Assembly (NCBI GenBank): GCA_947625115.1
Contig: CANQND010000006.1
Location: forward strand, 72 to 64,071
Source: an uncultured Clostridia bacterium
GTDB lineage: Bacteria > Bacillota > Clostridia > Christensenellales > CAG-314
Reading direction: 5' to 3'
Length of the DNA stretch: 64,000 nt
The notes beneath the pieces are model-generated. The model searched no databases and was not told the DNA's origin. It saw only the letters and a program-made list of their open reading frames with translations. How positions within the stretch are numbered: the first letter of the stretch is position 1; every line of letters begins with the position of its first letter. Below are positions 37,112 through 45,458 of this stretch, one piece after another. Both the position numbers and the translations under genes were made by a program.

Positions 37112-38413
37112 TCAAACAAGTGTATATTTGTCTTTTCGGACATTAAATGCTTCTTTGCCGCCCTCAAGTATTTCACATATATGTCCTTGAATGCCTTTTT
37201 GATTTAATATTCCATTTCTTATTGATCCGTCATTATTTTTTATTATACTATTGTTTTCAATCGATCCAGACCGATACTCAAATCGATAAATTTCGTTAGG
37301 ACTGTTTGCGCCCCTTTGATTAGCTACTATAATTTCTTCAGAGTCCGATCCTAAAACGATATTGGCATTATGCGTGACAATTATGATTTGTCTATCATGT
37401 TTTTTTTGTCTTAGAAAGTCAACCAGTTCATAATAGATTGAACGATTGTCTAAGTCATCTTCCGGTTGATCAATTAGTATAGGACAATCAGAATTTGCTA
37501 AGTTAATAAGCAGTTTCAATAACACTAATGCTTTTTTACCAGGAGACATGGTTTGAATCTTAGGGTTAAAAACAATAGGTGCAGGAGAAAATCTTTCATC
37601 GCTAATCGTAATTTTATCTATTACGTTATAGTCTCTTTTTCTCTCAGGGTAATTATCACAAATTTTAACCCGCTCTTTAGGTTCATATACAATTTGTTTT
37701 AGCCCTTCAAAAGTACAGTCTGCCTTTATCCAACAATATTTATTATTGTTTGGTGCGAAAATGTCAGAGTTTTTATGCGCATCACAGCCATGAACACATG
37801 GTTTTAATCGACCATATTTATGGATTACCTGTTCTTTTGATAGGGGCCCTTCTCCAAGAAAGTATTTAATTGTACTTTCTGTAGCGGAAAAAATTATATC
37901 TGCAAAGTAATTCAAATCGTCTCTGATAACTGTCAGATCAGAATTTGCGTTAGGACGAGAGGGATTACCTATCCCCGAAGTGCCATCGTTTGAACTACTT
38001 GATACAGCAACAATGACATTATCTCTTAAGTCTTTATCATCATCTAATATTTGTTTAAGATTTGATAAGTCTACAACGAACTGGTCAATGCCTTTTTTAT
38101 ATGCCACATCACCTACTAACGATTTATCACATAGTTTCCCGAGCTTATGATCGTCAGCAGGAACTGCTGTTGAATATTCCACCATTAAGACGGGTATTTC
38201 TTCATTACCGCAAACTGAGGTAAGTAAGATGTCTACATCTTTGACTTTTCTAATGCGGTCAATTATAGAATCCGAGCCGACAATTTCACTTCGTAATTTT
38301 TTGGTATAAATGTTTTTGATAGAACATTCTGGAAGAATTTTAGTTATATACTTTTTAAAATCTAATCCCTGCTCCAAAACTTCGGCGTATATTCTCAATT
38401 CAGATATTTTCAT
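37112..38413 (-). CDS. Chimeric 433-aa protein: PD-(D/E)xK-like N-terminus, PHP-domain remnant, ABC/SMC-type ATPase C-lobe without Walker A
   Basis: ATG at 38413 with AAGGAG 8 nt upstream, inside the upstream methyltransferase gene. Motifs: VDILL..VLMVEYS; HGCDAHK plus CWIKADCTFEGLKQIVYEPKERV; SPGKKAL (signature-like); PILIDQPEDDLD (Walker B); IIVTHNANIV. No GxxxxGK[ST] anywhere. Confidence 0.6.
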   Translation of the reverse strand: MKISELRIYAEVLEQGLDFKKYITKILPECSIKNIYTKKLRSEIVGSDSIIDRIRKVKDVDILLTSVCGNEEIPVLMVEYSTAVPADDHKLGKLCDKSLVGDVAYKKGIDQFVVDLSNLKQILDDDKDLRDNVIVAVSSSSNDGTSGIGNPSRPNANSDLTVIRDDLNYFADIIFSATESTIKYFLGEGPLSKEQVIHKYGRLKPCVHGCDAHKNSDIFAPNNNKYCWIKADCTFEGLKQIVYEPKERVKICDNYPERKRDYNVIDKITISDERFSPAPIVFNPKIQTMSPGKKALVLLKLLINLANSDCPILIDQPEDDLDNRSIYYELVDFLRQKKHDRQIIIVTHNANIVLGSDSEEIIVANQRGANSPNEIYRFEYRSGSIENNSIIKNNDGSIRNGILNQKGIQGHICEILEGGKEAFNVRKDKYTLV

Positions 38414-39521
38414 TGTTGTTCTCCTTTTCAAAAACAAGCACATGCTCTCTTTTATCTTTAGTCCGATATGATTGCTGGAAAGAACGTGAAGTGTCATCTA
38501 GATTGGAAAACGAATAATCAACCACTTTCCATTTCAAAGGTGCCAAAATGTTTATTAAGTTTATTTTAGCGTCGTATTTTTCTCCTTGAATCTTGCCATC
38601 TCCCATTATAATAGCTACCCTCCCACGCGGTTTTAAAAGCCTATTGCAGACCTCAAATATCTGCAATAAATCACGGTTAAATTTCTCTTTTGGTAATTTT
38701 AGGCTTGAATATTCACGTCTGGAGCCTATTTCTAATCTCATAGTAGATTTCACATCATATCCAAGCCAAAACATACGATGTTTATGATATAAATAATAAT
38801 CATAGGTGTTAGGATATGGCGGCGATGTTAAGATAAAATCCACACATCCATATGGGGCAAGTCTATCACTCTCTTTTGCATCACATAAATAAGCTTCGTT
38901 TTTTTCTGTCGGACCTCGAAGTTTATTGAATTCAACATAGCACGAAAGTATCATTCTAAATTTTTTTACAAAGGTTTCAGCAACAAACGATGTTGATAAA
39001 TACTTTTTTTCAATTGCCGCATACCTCGTATCGCCCTCTTGATTCGATACGGTGTTTATGATGGAAGATAAAACTAGTTTACAAAATGTACGCTGGTTGT
39101 CGTTGGCCAAGAGAGAAATTCTGCTTTTAATACAACTTAAAACCAAAATAGACTCTTTACAGAACCAATGATCAATTGAAGCGTAAGAATAGGGAATTGT
39201 ATGCGATATGTAGTCTTGATAGTTTTCCGTAAAATCGACAACAAAATTATTTAAGGCGACGATATCGTCATCGTTCATAGACAAAAGTTTAAAGTTAGAT
39301 ATAAGAATCGCTATTGGATTAACGTCTGTTCCAAATCCTCTGCGATGCAATACGCTCGTAGCCAATAGCGTGGTGCCCGAACCAAGAAAAGGATCAAAAA
39401 CGAGATCATTTTCTTGGGTGTATTTTTCTATGTATTTAATTGCCGTACCCACGGGAAACTTTGCGGGATACGGATGAATTCTATCGATTTTTCGAAGTAA
39501 ATCCATATCAAAACAAGTCAT
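38400..39521 (-). CDS. SPPY-motif DNA amino-methyltransferase (N4-C or N6-A), motif I upstream of motif IV
   Basis: HPYPAKFP...VFDPFLGSGTTLLA...GTDVNPIA, then DFILTSPPYPNTYDYY. ATGA overlap with the upstream methyltransferase. Confidence 0.8.
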   Translation of the reverse strand: MTCFDMDLLRKIDRIHPYPAKFPVGTAIKYIEKYTQENDLVFDPFLGSGTTLLATSVLHRRGFGTDVNPIAILISNFKLLSMNDDDIVALNNFVVDFTENYQDYISHTIPYSYASIDHWFCKESILVLSCIKSRISLLANDNQRTFCKLVLSSIINTVSNQEGDTRYAAIEKKYLSTSFVAETFVKKFRMILSCYVEFNKLRGPTEKNEAYLCDAKESDRLAPYGCVDFILTSPPYPNTYDYYLYHKHRMFWLGYDVKSTMRLEIGSRREYSSLKLPKEKFNRDLLQIFEVCNRLLKPRGRVAIIMGDGKIQGEKYDAKINLINILAPLKWKVVDYSFSNLDDTSRSFQQSYRTKDKREHVLVFEKENNNENI

Positions 39522-40390
39522 TTGGCTCTCCGCATAATTACTAAATATGAATGGTTTTGATTAACATAAAAAACAGAGGGATAGCCTAAAAGGACAAGCG
39601 AGCGTTGCTCGTTCTGATCCCAAATAATTAAATCATGATAAACAAAACCCGCGTTTGACCCACATTCCGCAATCGCAGAATGCAAATCCACATAAGGAAT
39701 GTTGTTTTTTATATCACGAAAATCTTTCGCAACCCAAACGTTATATCCACCCGGTTTGGTTTTAGTATACAATTTTCTCATGATGCGTAAAACTTTTTCT
39801 TTATACTCTTCAAGTGGCATATTCCCTAAATCATTTTCATTGTTTGAATATATTTTGGTTGTCGCATTATTTTCAGTAACAAACGCCGAGTTTTTGTGCC
39901 GATTTGTTCTGTCATCTACAACCTTATGTATAAGGTCGGCATAAGGCGGCGATGTTAGCGTTAATTGTATAGAATCATTCGGCACTATATCTAATAACAT
40001 TTCACAGTCGCCATTATAAATTTGAAATGAAGTGGTACTCAAAAGGTTAAGTGAATTTTGAACTGCCGCCTGCGCAATTGTGAAGTATTCTTTTGATAAT
40101 TCTATTCCGATGCCAAATCTATTATTTTTTAAAGCAGAAATCAAGGTGGTACCTGTACCCAAAAAAGGGTCCAACACACAATCGCCTTGTTTTGAATACA
40201 TCGAAATTACTCGGTCACACAATTTTTCAGGATAAGTGGCACCGTGCAATAAATGTTGACTTTTCCTCGCAGATGAAACATCATTCCATACACTTCGGCT
40301 ATTTTGAGTCCATTCACGTGCCGTCATTCCATTAAAAGTTTTTGCTCGCTGTTCAATCTCTTTTTTAGTTGTTGTTTCTTTCTGTTCCAT
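39518..40390 (-). CDS. SPPY-motif DNA amino-methyltransferase (N4-C or N6-A), motif I upstream of motif IV
   Basis: HGATYPEKL...VLDPFLGTGTTLISA, then LTLTSPPYADL, and downstream KPGGYNVWV. Confidence 0.8.
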   Translation of the reverse strand: MEQKETTTKKEIEQRAKTFNGMTAREWTQNSRSVWNDVSSARKSQHLLHGATYPEKLCDRVISMYSKQGDCVLDPFLGTGTTLISALKNNRFGIGIELSKEYFTIAQAAVQNSLNLLSTTSFQIYNGDCEMLLDIVPNDSIQLTLTSPPYADLIHKVVDDRTNRHKNSAFVTENNATTKIYSNNENDLGNMPLEEYKEKVLRIMRKLYTKTKPGGYNVWVAKDFRDIKNNIPYVDLHSAIAECGSNAGFVYHDLIIWDQNEQRSLVLLGYPSVFYVNQNHSYLVIMRRAK

Positions 40391-40413
40391 CTAACAAATT
40401 CCTTAATGTAATT

Positions 40414-40442
40414 ATTATACCATATTTTCTTATTTTTTTCAA
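40414..40442 (-). promoter_or_regulatory. Sigma-A-type promoter of the island-2 operon
   Basis: Minus strand: TTGAAA (40442-40437), 17-nt spacer, TATAAT (40419-40414). Confidence 0.55.
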
Positions 40443-40654
40443 CGGTGTTTAAGTCAGTCCTCAAATTTTTTTATGTTTACTTCCAACGAGCGTGAAACTT
40501 GCTTATTGACAAACGAGAGCACGTTGTAGCACTTTCCTTATCCTGCTTCCTCACTGTGGCCGATTTGCCCAGGTCAAAAAATAATAAAACTTTCGATTTA
40601 GTGGATACGAGTTGGCCCAACAATCATCCACTTGTGTGAAATGATGTTGAACGG

Positions 40655-40681
40655 CGGCAAAAAGCATTGATTTTGTGCTAA
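40655..40681 (+). repeat. 27-bp direct repeat, copy 1
   Basis: cggcaaaaagcattgattttgtgctaa, identical to 41542-41568. Confidence 0.95.
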
Positions 40682-40788
40682 GAACACCTTTTCCTATTAC
40701 CGAAAAATATATTTAGAGATATAAAAACGGAGCTGTTGCTTTTGGTAAGAATATCTCTGAAATTTTTGAAAAATGTTGTTAAAAACAG

Positions 40789-40817
40789 TTGACTGCCATT
40801 AGGCACTATGATAGAAT
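40789..40817 (+). promoter_or_regulatory. Sigma-A-type promoter of the 40940 ORF
   Basis: TTGACT (40789-40794), 17-nt spacer, TAGAAT (40812-40817). Confidence 0.55.
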
Positions 40818-40939
40818 TGCGTTGCATTGAAAAACTATGTGCGATGGAGATACTATTGTATCTCTTTTTTTAATGCAAAAATGCAATCTCGGCATAAATG
40901 CGCCAAGAAATATTGTCCCAAAATCAGGAGGAAATAAAT

Positions 40940-41344
40940 ATGGAAGGACAAGGAAAAACAGACAGACACCGAAGTGCGGCGGCAATCAAAACACTAAAAA
41001 CTACCGCAATGATATTGTTCATTGCTTTTGTGGCGGTGGCGTTTATTTACGTCGTCAACGGGTTGTTTAAAGTACCGAGCGTAAACTTTACGTATACGGC
41101 AAGCAGATTGAGCAACGTAAACAACATAAGGCGACAAGCAGATAATACGTTCGCGTGGGATTCCGTCAAACACGCCACATACTACGTTGTGGAAGTAAAC
41201 GGAACGCAATTTACCGTGAATGAATGCCTTTGGCATTGCCCCGACAAAATGAATGTAGAATTCATTCGCGTAAAAGCGGTTGACTCTTCGGGTTGGTACG
41301 GCGAATCCGATTGGACTTACTACGACGGAAGTTCATACAATTGA
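40940..41344 (+). CDS. Single-pass membrane-anchored protein with a small beta-rich (FN3-like) ectodomain
   Basis: ATG at 40940 after AGGAGG. Transmembrane segment AMILFIAFVAVAFIYVV. FAWDSVKHATYYVVEVNG...IRVKAVD pattern. Confidence 0.6.
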   Translation: MEGQGKTDRHRSAAAIKTLKTTAMILFIAFVAVAFIYVVNGLFKVPSVNFTYTASRLSNVNNIRRQADNTFAWDSVKHATYYVVEVNGTQFTVNECLWHCPDKMNVEFIRVKAVDSSGWYGESDWTYYDGSSYN

Positions 41345-41353
41345 TATTTTCCT

Positions 41354-41381
41354 ACGGCTTTTGAAAAAGCCGTTTTTTTTG
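41354..41381 (+). terminator. Intrinsic terminator
   Basis: acggcttt, loop ttga, aaagccgt, followed by tttttttt. Confidence 0.8.
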
Positions 41382-41541
41382 TTTTGTAATCTTACTATGC
41401 AACAGACTGTTTTTCAAAATGCCGCTTAGATGGTAGTACAATATTGCACCCACGACCTGCTTGCCCCGCCGCGGTGCGGGCGACGAGTTTTTGCTTGAAA
41501 AGGCGTTCGACATATTGTTAAACGCAAGGCGCAAAACACGA

Positions 41542-41568
41542 CGGCAAAAAGCATTGATTTTGTGCTAA
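41542..41568 (+). repeat. 27-bp direct repeat, copy 2
   Basis: Identical to 40655-40681. Contains the -35 element of the next promoter. Confidence 0.95.
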
Positions 41569-41582
41569 AAAGGTGTTATACT
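41554..41582 (+). promoter_or_regulatory. Sigma-A-type promoter of the 41617 ORF
   Basis: TTGATT (41554-41559), 17-nt spacer, TATACT (41577-41582). Confidence 0.55.
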
Positions 41583-41616
41583 GTTGCCGAAATATTGGGC
41601 AAGGAGAACGGTAAAA

Positions 41617-42294
41617 ATGAAACTGCGAGTTGTTGGGTGGGTTTGTTACGACGACAACTTTCCCGAGGGGGACAACGGTTGGGCGGCGCGCAACGCGATA
41701 ATAGACGATATACGCAAAAATAAATACGATTTTACAGGGTGGCACCACCAAGAAGGGTATAACTGCACGCCGCTACTTAACGACGGCAAAAAATACTGCT
41801 ATTCGCAACGCGGTTGGGGCGACGTAATGGCGGAGGCACACGGCGATTTCGACGCAATGGGGTACGCAAAATACTTTGTTCTCGACGAGGTGGACGAAAT
41901 GGCGCGGCTGATGAGGCACGATACGTTCACCCGACCGAAACCTATGTGGGGGAAAGTGCCGCCTGTCGAAACGGACTTGAATGAAACTTTTGAATTGCAA
42001 GTTACGCAAGAACAATTTGACAACGCGGCAGACGCGTTGGAAATACGCTTTGGCGACTACAAAGACCTGCGCTATCTGTACAAGGGGGATACCCTCGTGT
42101 TGGTTTGCGGAGATAAACGCGCCGAATACACGGTGACCGACGCAGAACGCAAGCACTTTTCCAACAAGCGAAAACGCAAAGAACTGCTTCCCGAAATGCA
42201 AAGCGAGGATCGCGCGGTTGCAAAGCGCGCTTCCGCCGAGTACAACAAATCCACCTTGGTGTTGGTGGTAAAGTTGGCAAAACCCGAAAAATAG
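41617..42294 (+). CDS. Hypothetical 225-aa protein, no recognised family
   Basis: ATG at 41617 after AAGGAG. Cys/Trp-rich N-terminal half, Lys/Arg/Glu-rich C-terminal tail. Confidence 0.6.
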   Translation: MKLRVVGWVCYDDNFPEGDNGWAARNAIIDDIRKNKYDFTGWHHQEGYNCTPLLNDGKKYCYSQRGWGDVMAEAHGDFDAMGYAKYFVLDEVDEMARLMRHDTFTRPKPMWGKVPPVETDLNETFELQVTQEQFDNAADALEIRFGDYKDLRYLYKGDTLVLVCGDKRAEYTVTDAERKHFSNKRKRKELLPEMQSEDRAVAKRASAEYNKSTLVLVVKLAKPEK

Positions 42295-42368
42295 TTTTGT
42301 GCGGCGGCTTGCAAGCGCGTTGCAAGGGCGCGGACGAGGTAAAATTTACATCTTTTGCGCGTTGCGTC

Positions 42369-42397
42369 TTGACTAATGGTGCAAGAAATTGTATAAT
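42369..42397 (+). promoter_or_regulatory. Sigma-A-type promoter of the AAA+/YbjN operon
   Basis: TTGACT (42369-42374), 17-nt spacer, TATAAT (42392-42397). Confidence 0.6.
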
Positions 42398-42484
42398 TTA
42401 GAATATTTGTGTTGTATCTCCGCTCTAAAACCGCAACCGACGGCAGGAAATACCGCAACTAAACATACGATATAAAGAGGAATT

Positions 42485-44458
42485 ATGGCAAAAAAAATTA
42501 CTATCGAATTTGACGGAAAGTGGATACTCGAACACCGCGGAGATGAACGTCTGCCCGTGGACAGACTGCGCGACGAATTTGCCGCAAAAAACTTTACTGT
42601 GGAAAGCTACTCCTTTACCACGCTGTGTCTGGTAACGGCGGCAGGGCAGGCAGCCGAACAAGCCGAAGAGGTTGTGCGTTCGGTGATAGAAAGTTTGTAC
42701 CCCGACGAGAACCTTTCGGGCGTGTTTAGCGTTAGCACCGACGAAAATTCCGACGACTTGTTTTCCGAAAAAACGGCTACCGCAACCCAAACTGCGGAAG
42801 CCCCCAAGAAAGCTACGGCAACCGAAGCGGACGGCGTGTTGGCAAAGGTGCAAAAACTTACGGGCGCGGCGGAATTTAAGCAATTGATAGGCGAAATATT
42901 GGCGGTTGCCCCGCAAATTAACAAACAAAACGCACAACGGCTGTTTTACAACCGCAGTTATCTGTTTTCTATCGGGGACGGTTGCGGGCTTAGCACCTAC
43001 CTCGAACTGCTTGCGCAAGCCGTTGCGCAAACGGGTTTGCGCCGTATGCACCCGCGCCCCGTTATCGAAGAGCGACTTGGACCGTACAAAGAAAGTATGG
43101 AACCGTTTGAAGAAGTGTTGAAAACTTTGCAAAACGGCGACAGCGACCGCGTACGCGTGCTGTGCATAGACATAAACGAGTGGCTCAACAAAACGGGTAC
43201 GCAATATTTCAGACTGTTTTTGCGCGCGATAGAAAAATCTGCGGAAGAGTTTATCGTGGTGTTCCGCGTGGCGTTTTTGGATAAGGCGGTGCTGAGCGAC
43301 CTCGGATATTCTCTGAACGATCAGTTGAGCGTAAAAACCATATCTTTCCCGCCGTTCAGCAGCGAAGAACTGCGCGATTGCGCGCAACGGGATCTTGCCG
43401 AATACGGCTACGAGATGTCGCCGAAAGGGTGGGCGTTTTTCCAACAACGCCTGACGGAAGAAAAGAGCGACGGCAAGTTTTACGGTTTGAGTACCGTCAA
43501 AAAGGTGGTAAGAGAGCTTGTCTACAACAAAATGCTTTCCAACGTGCGCCGCAACAGCGACGACAAAGTTATTTCCGCAAGCGAGGCGAAATCTCTTTGC
43601 CGAGTGAAGCCCGACCAACTTTCCGGCGAGGAACAGCTCAACAAACTTGTGGGCAACGAAGAAGTAAAAAAGAAGATAAACGAAATTTTGGCGCAAATAG
43701 AGCTTGCAATGAGCAACGAATCGGAAGAACGCCCCTGTATCCATATGAGATTTGTGGGTAACCCGGGAACGGGCAAAACCACCGTGGCGCGGATATTGGG
43801 AAAAATTCTCAAAGAAAGGGGCGTACTGCGCGTAGGCAATTTCTACGAGTACGCGGGGCGCGACTTTTGCGGACGTTACATAGGCGAAACCGCTCCGAAA
43901 ACGGCAAGCATTTGCCGCGACGCCTACGGCTCGGTGCTGTTCATCGACGAGGCGTACTCGCTCTACCGCGGCGACGGCAACGACAGAGATTTCGGCAGGG
44001 AAGCCTTGGACACGTTGATCGCGGAAATGGAAAACCATCGCAACGATTTCGTTGTTATTATGGCGGGCTACACCGACGATATGGACAAGTTGATGAAAGG
44101 CAACCACGGCTTGGCAAGCAGAATGCCCTACACTATCGAGTTCCCCAACTTTACGCGCGATCAACTTTATATGATATTTGAATCGCTGGTAAAAACGCGC
44201 TTCAAGTACGACGACGACTTGTTGGAAAGAGCGAAAAACTTCTTTACCGCTTTGCCCAACGACGTGATAAACGCAAAAGAATTCAGCAATGCGCGCTTTG
44301 TGCGCAACTTGTTTGAACGCACTTGGGCTAAGGCGGCTATGCGCTGTCAGCTTGCCCGCGCAAAGGACGTGGTGTTGACTAAGGACGACTTCGAGCGCGC
44401 CTGCGGCGAAAAGGAGTTTGCCCTCAGCGTCCACCGCAAACCTCAAATAGGATTTTAA
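42485..44458 (+). CDS. SpoVK/CbbX-type AAA+ ATPase with a degenerate N-terminal AAA-like module
   Basis: Walker A VGNPGTGKTTVARILG, Walker B VLFIDEAYSL, VIMAGYTDDM. An upstream module shows GDGCGLST and VLCIDINEW at the equivalent positions. Confidence 0.85.
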   Translation: MAKKITIEFDGKWILEHRGDERLPVDRLRDEFAAKNFTVESYSFTTLCLVTAAGQAAEQAEEVVRSVIESLYPDENLSGVFSVSTDENSDDLFSEKTATATQTAEAPKKATATEADGVLAKVQKLTGAAEFKQLIGEILAVAPQINKQNAQRLFYNRSYLFSIGDGCGLSTYLELLAQAVAQTGLRRMHPRPVIEERLGPYKESMEPFEEVLKTLQNGDSDRVRVLCIDINEWLNKTGTQYFRLFLRAIEKSAEEFIVVFRVAFLDKAVLSDLGYSLNDQLSVKTISFPPFSSEELRDCAQRDLAEYGYEMSPKGWAFFQQRLTEEKSDGKFYGLSTVKKVVRELVYNKMLSNVRRNSDDKVISASEAKSLCRVKPDQLSGEEQLNKLVGNEEVKKKINEILAQIELAMSNESEERPCIHMRFVGNPGTGKTTVARILGKILKERGVLRVGNFYEYAGRDFCGRYIGETAPKTASICRDAYGSVLFIDEAYSLYRGDGNDRDFGREALDTLIAEMENHRNDFVVIMAGYTDDMDKLMKGNHGLASRMPYTIEFPNFTRDQLYMIFESLVKTRFKYDDDLLERAKNFFTALPNDVINAKEFSNARFVRNLFERTWAKAAMRCQLARAKDVVLTKDDFERACGEKEFALSVHRKPQIGF

Positions 44459-44477
44459 CAAAAAAGGAGATAACTCT

Positions 44478-44948
44478 ATGGCAAATGACTTGAAACAGGC
44501 AAAGACGGCGTTTGACACCCTTTGCCAAATGATGGACGAAAAGAATTGGAAGTACGACAAAGATGAAGAAAAGCTAACCATCGAAACCGTTGCGCAAGGC
44601 GACGACCTGCCCATTTCTCTCCGCGTAATAGTAGACGCGGACAGACAATTGGTGTTGCTCTTGTCCGAAATGCCGTACAACATCGCGGCGGACAAGCGCG
44701 ACGCTATCGCAATTGCGGTAAGCTCCGCCAACTACGGTATGGTAGACGGCAATTTCGACTTCGACTACACCACGGGTAAAATTTTGTTCAGGCTTACTTC
44801 GAGCTATATGAACAGCTTGGTGGGCAAAGAAATGTTTGAATATATGCTTTTCTGCGCGTGCTACACCATTGACGCCTACAACGACAAATTTCTTGTCGTT
44901 GCCAAACGCGATATGACTGTCGCGGAAATCTTGGAATACGTAAAATAA
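44478..44948 (+). CDS. YbjN-like protein, paralogue 1
   Basis: 156 aa, AAGGAG ribosome-binding site. Alignable with the ORFs at 44960 and 5019. Confidence 0.65.
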   Translation: MANDLKQAKTAFDTLCQMMDEKNWKYDKDEEKLTIETVAQGDDLPISLRVIVDADRQLVLLLSEMPYNIAADKRDAIAIAVSSANYGMVDGNFDFDYTTGKILFRLTSSYMNSLVGKEMFEYMLFCACYTIDAYNDKFLVVAKRDMTVAEILEYVK

Positions 44949-44959
44949 GGAGATAGGAA

Positions 44960-45433
44960 ATGAGCGACGAAAACAAAACCGAAAAAGCCGCGTCTATGTA
45001 CAAAACTCTATGCGACGCACTTGACGAAAAAGAAATGCACTACGACAAAAAACCCGACGACTTGGTGGTAACCTTTGTCCTTTCGGGCGAGGATATACCT
45101 ATGACCGTTGTCGCCGCGATCGACGCGGACAGGCAGTTGGTACGCGTTTTTTCCGCGTTGCCTTTCTGCTTTGCCGAGGACAAACGTCTGGAAGGCGCAA
45201 TTGCAACGTGTCAGGCGAACTACTGCTTGGCGGACGGCAATTTCGACTACAACTACAATGACGGGCGCGTCATCTTCCGACTGACTTCGAGTTACCGCGA
45301 CAGCTTGATTTCCAAAGAGCTGTTTTGGTATATGATAGCCTGCCTCGGTTACACGGTGGACAAGTACAACGACAAATTCCTGTTGATTTCCAAGGGATCC
45401 CTTTCCATCGATGAATTTGTAAAAAGCCTGTAA
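44960..45433 (+). CDS. YbjN-like protein, paralogue 2
   Basis: 157 aa, AAGGAG ribosome-binding site. Shares IDADRQLV, NY.L.DGNFDY.., IFRLTSSY and YNDKFL with 44478. Confidence 0.65.
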   Translation: MSDENKTEKAASMYKTLCDALDEKEMHYDKKPDDLVVTFVLSGEDIPMTVVAAIDADRQLVRVFSALPFCFAEDKRLEGAIATCQANYCLADGNFDYNYNDGRVIFRLTSSYRDSLISKELFWYMIACLGYTVDKYNDKFLLISKGSLSIDEFVKSL

Positions 45434-45458
45434 TCGTTTGAGGAAAAATTTCAAAGCA

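Noticed and set aside
37035-40625. Possible terminal inverted repeats of island 2 (cttgggccgagtc near 37040 vs the reverse complement of gagttggcccaac near 40607)
   Set aside because: Only about 9 of 11 positions match, and the match does not extend. There is no transposase, no target-site duplication, and the positions do not coincide with the compositional boundaries.
36586-40900. A classical tRNA-integrated mobile element (integrase plus att repeats)
   Set aside because: No integrase or recombinase ORF lies on either strand, and no copy of the tRNA-Pro 3' end is found at the distal boundary. I therefore call it only an island adjacent to a tRNA, not a defined mobile element.
42425-44731. 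768-aa ORF on the minus strand, the longest non-annotated frame in the window
   Set aside because: It lies antisense to the AAA+ gene and the first YbjN-like gene, which carry unmistakable motifs and ribosome-binding sites. Its translation is a low-complexity F/V/A/R/H-rich string with no motif and no ribosome-binding site. It is a stop-free shadow frame produced by codon bias.
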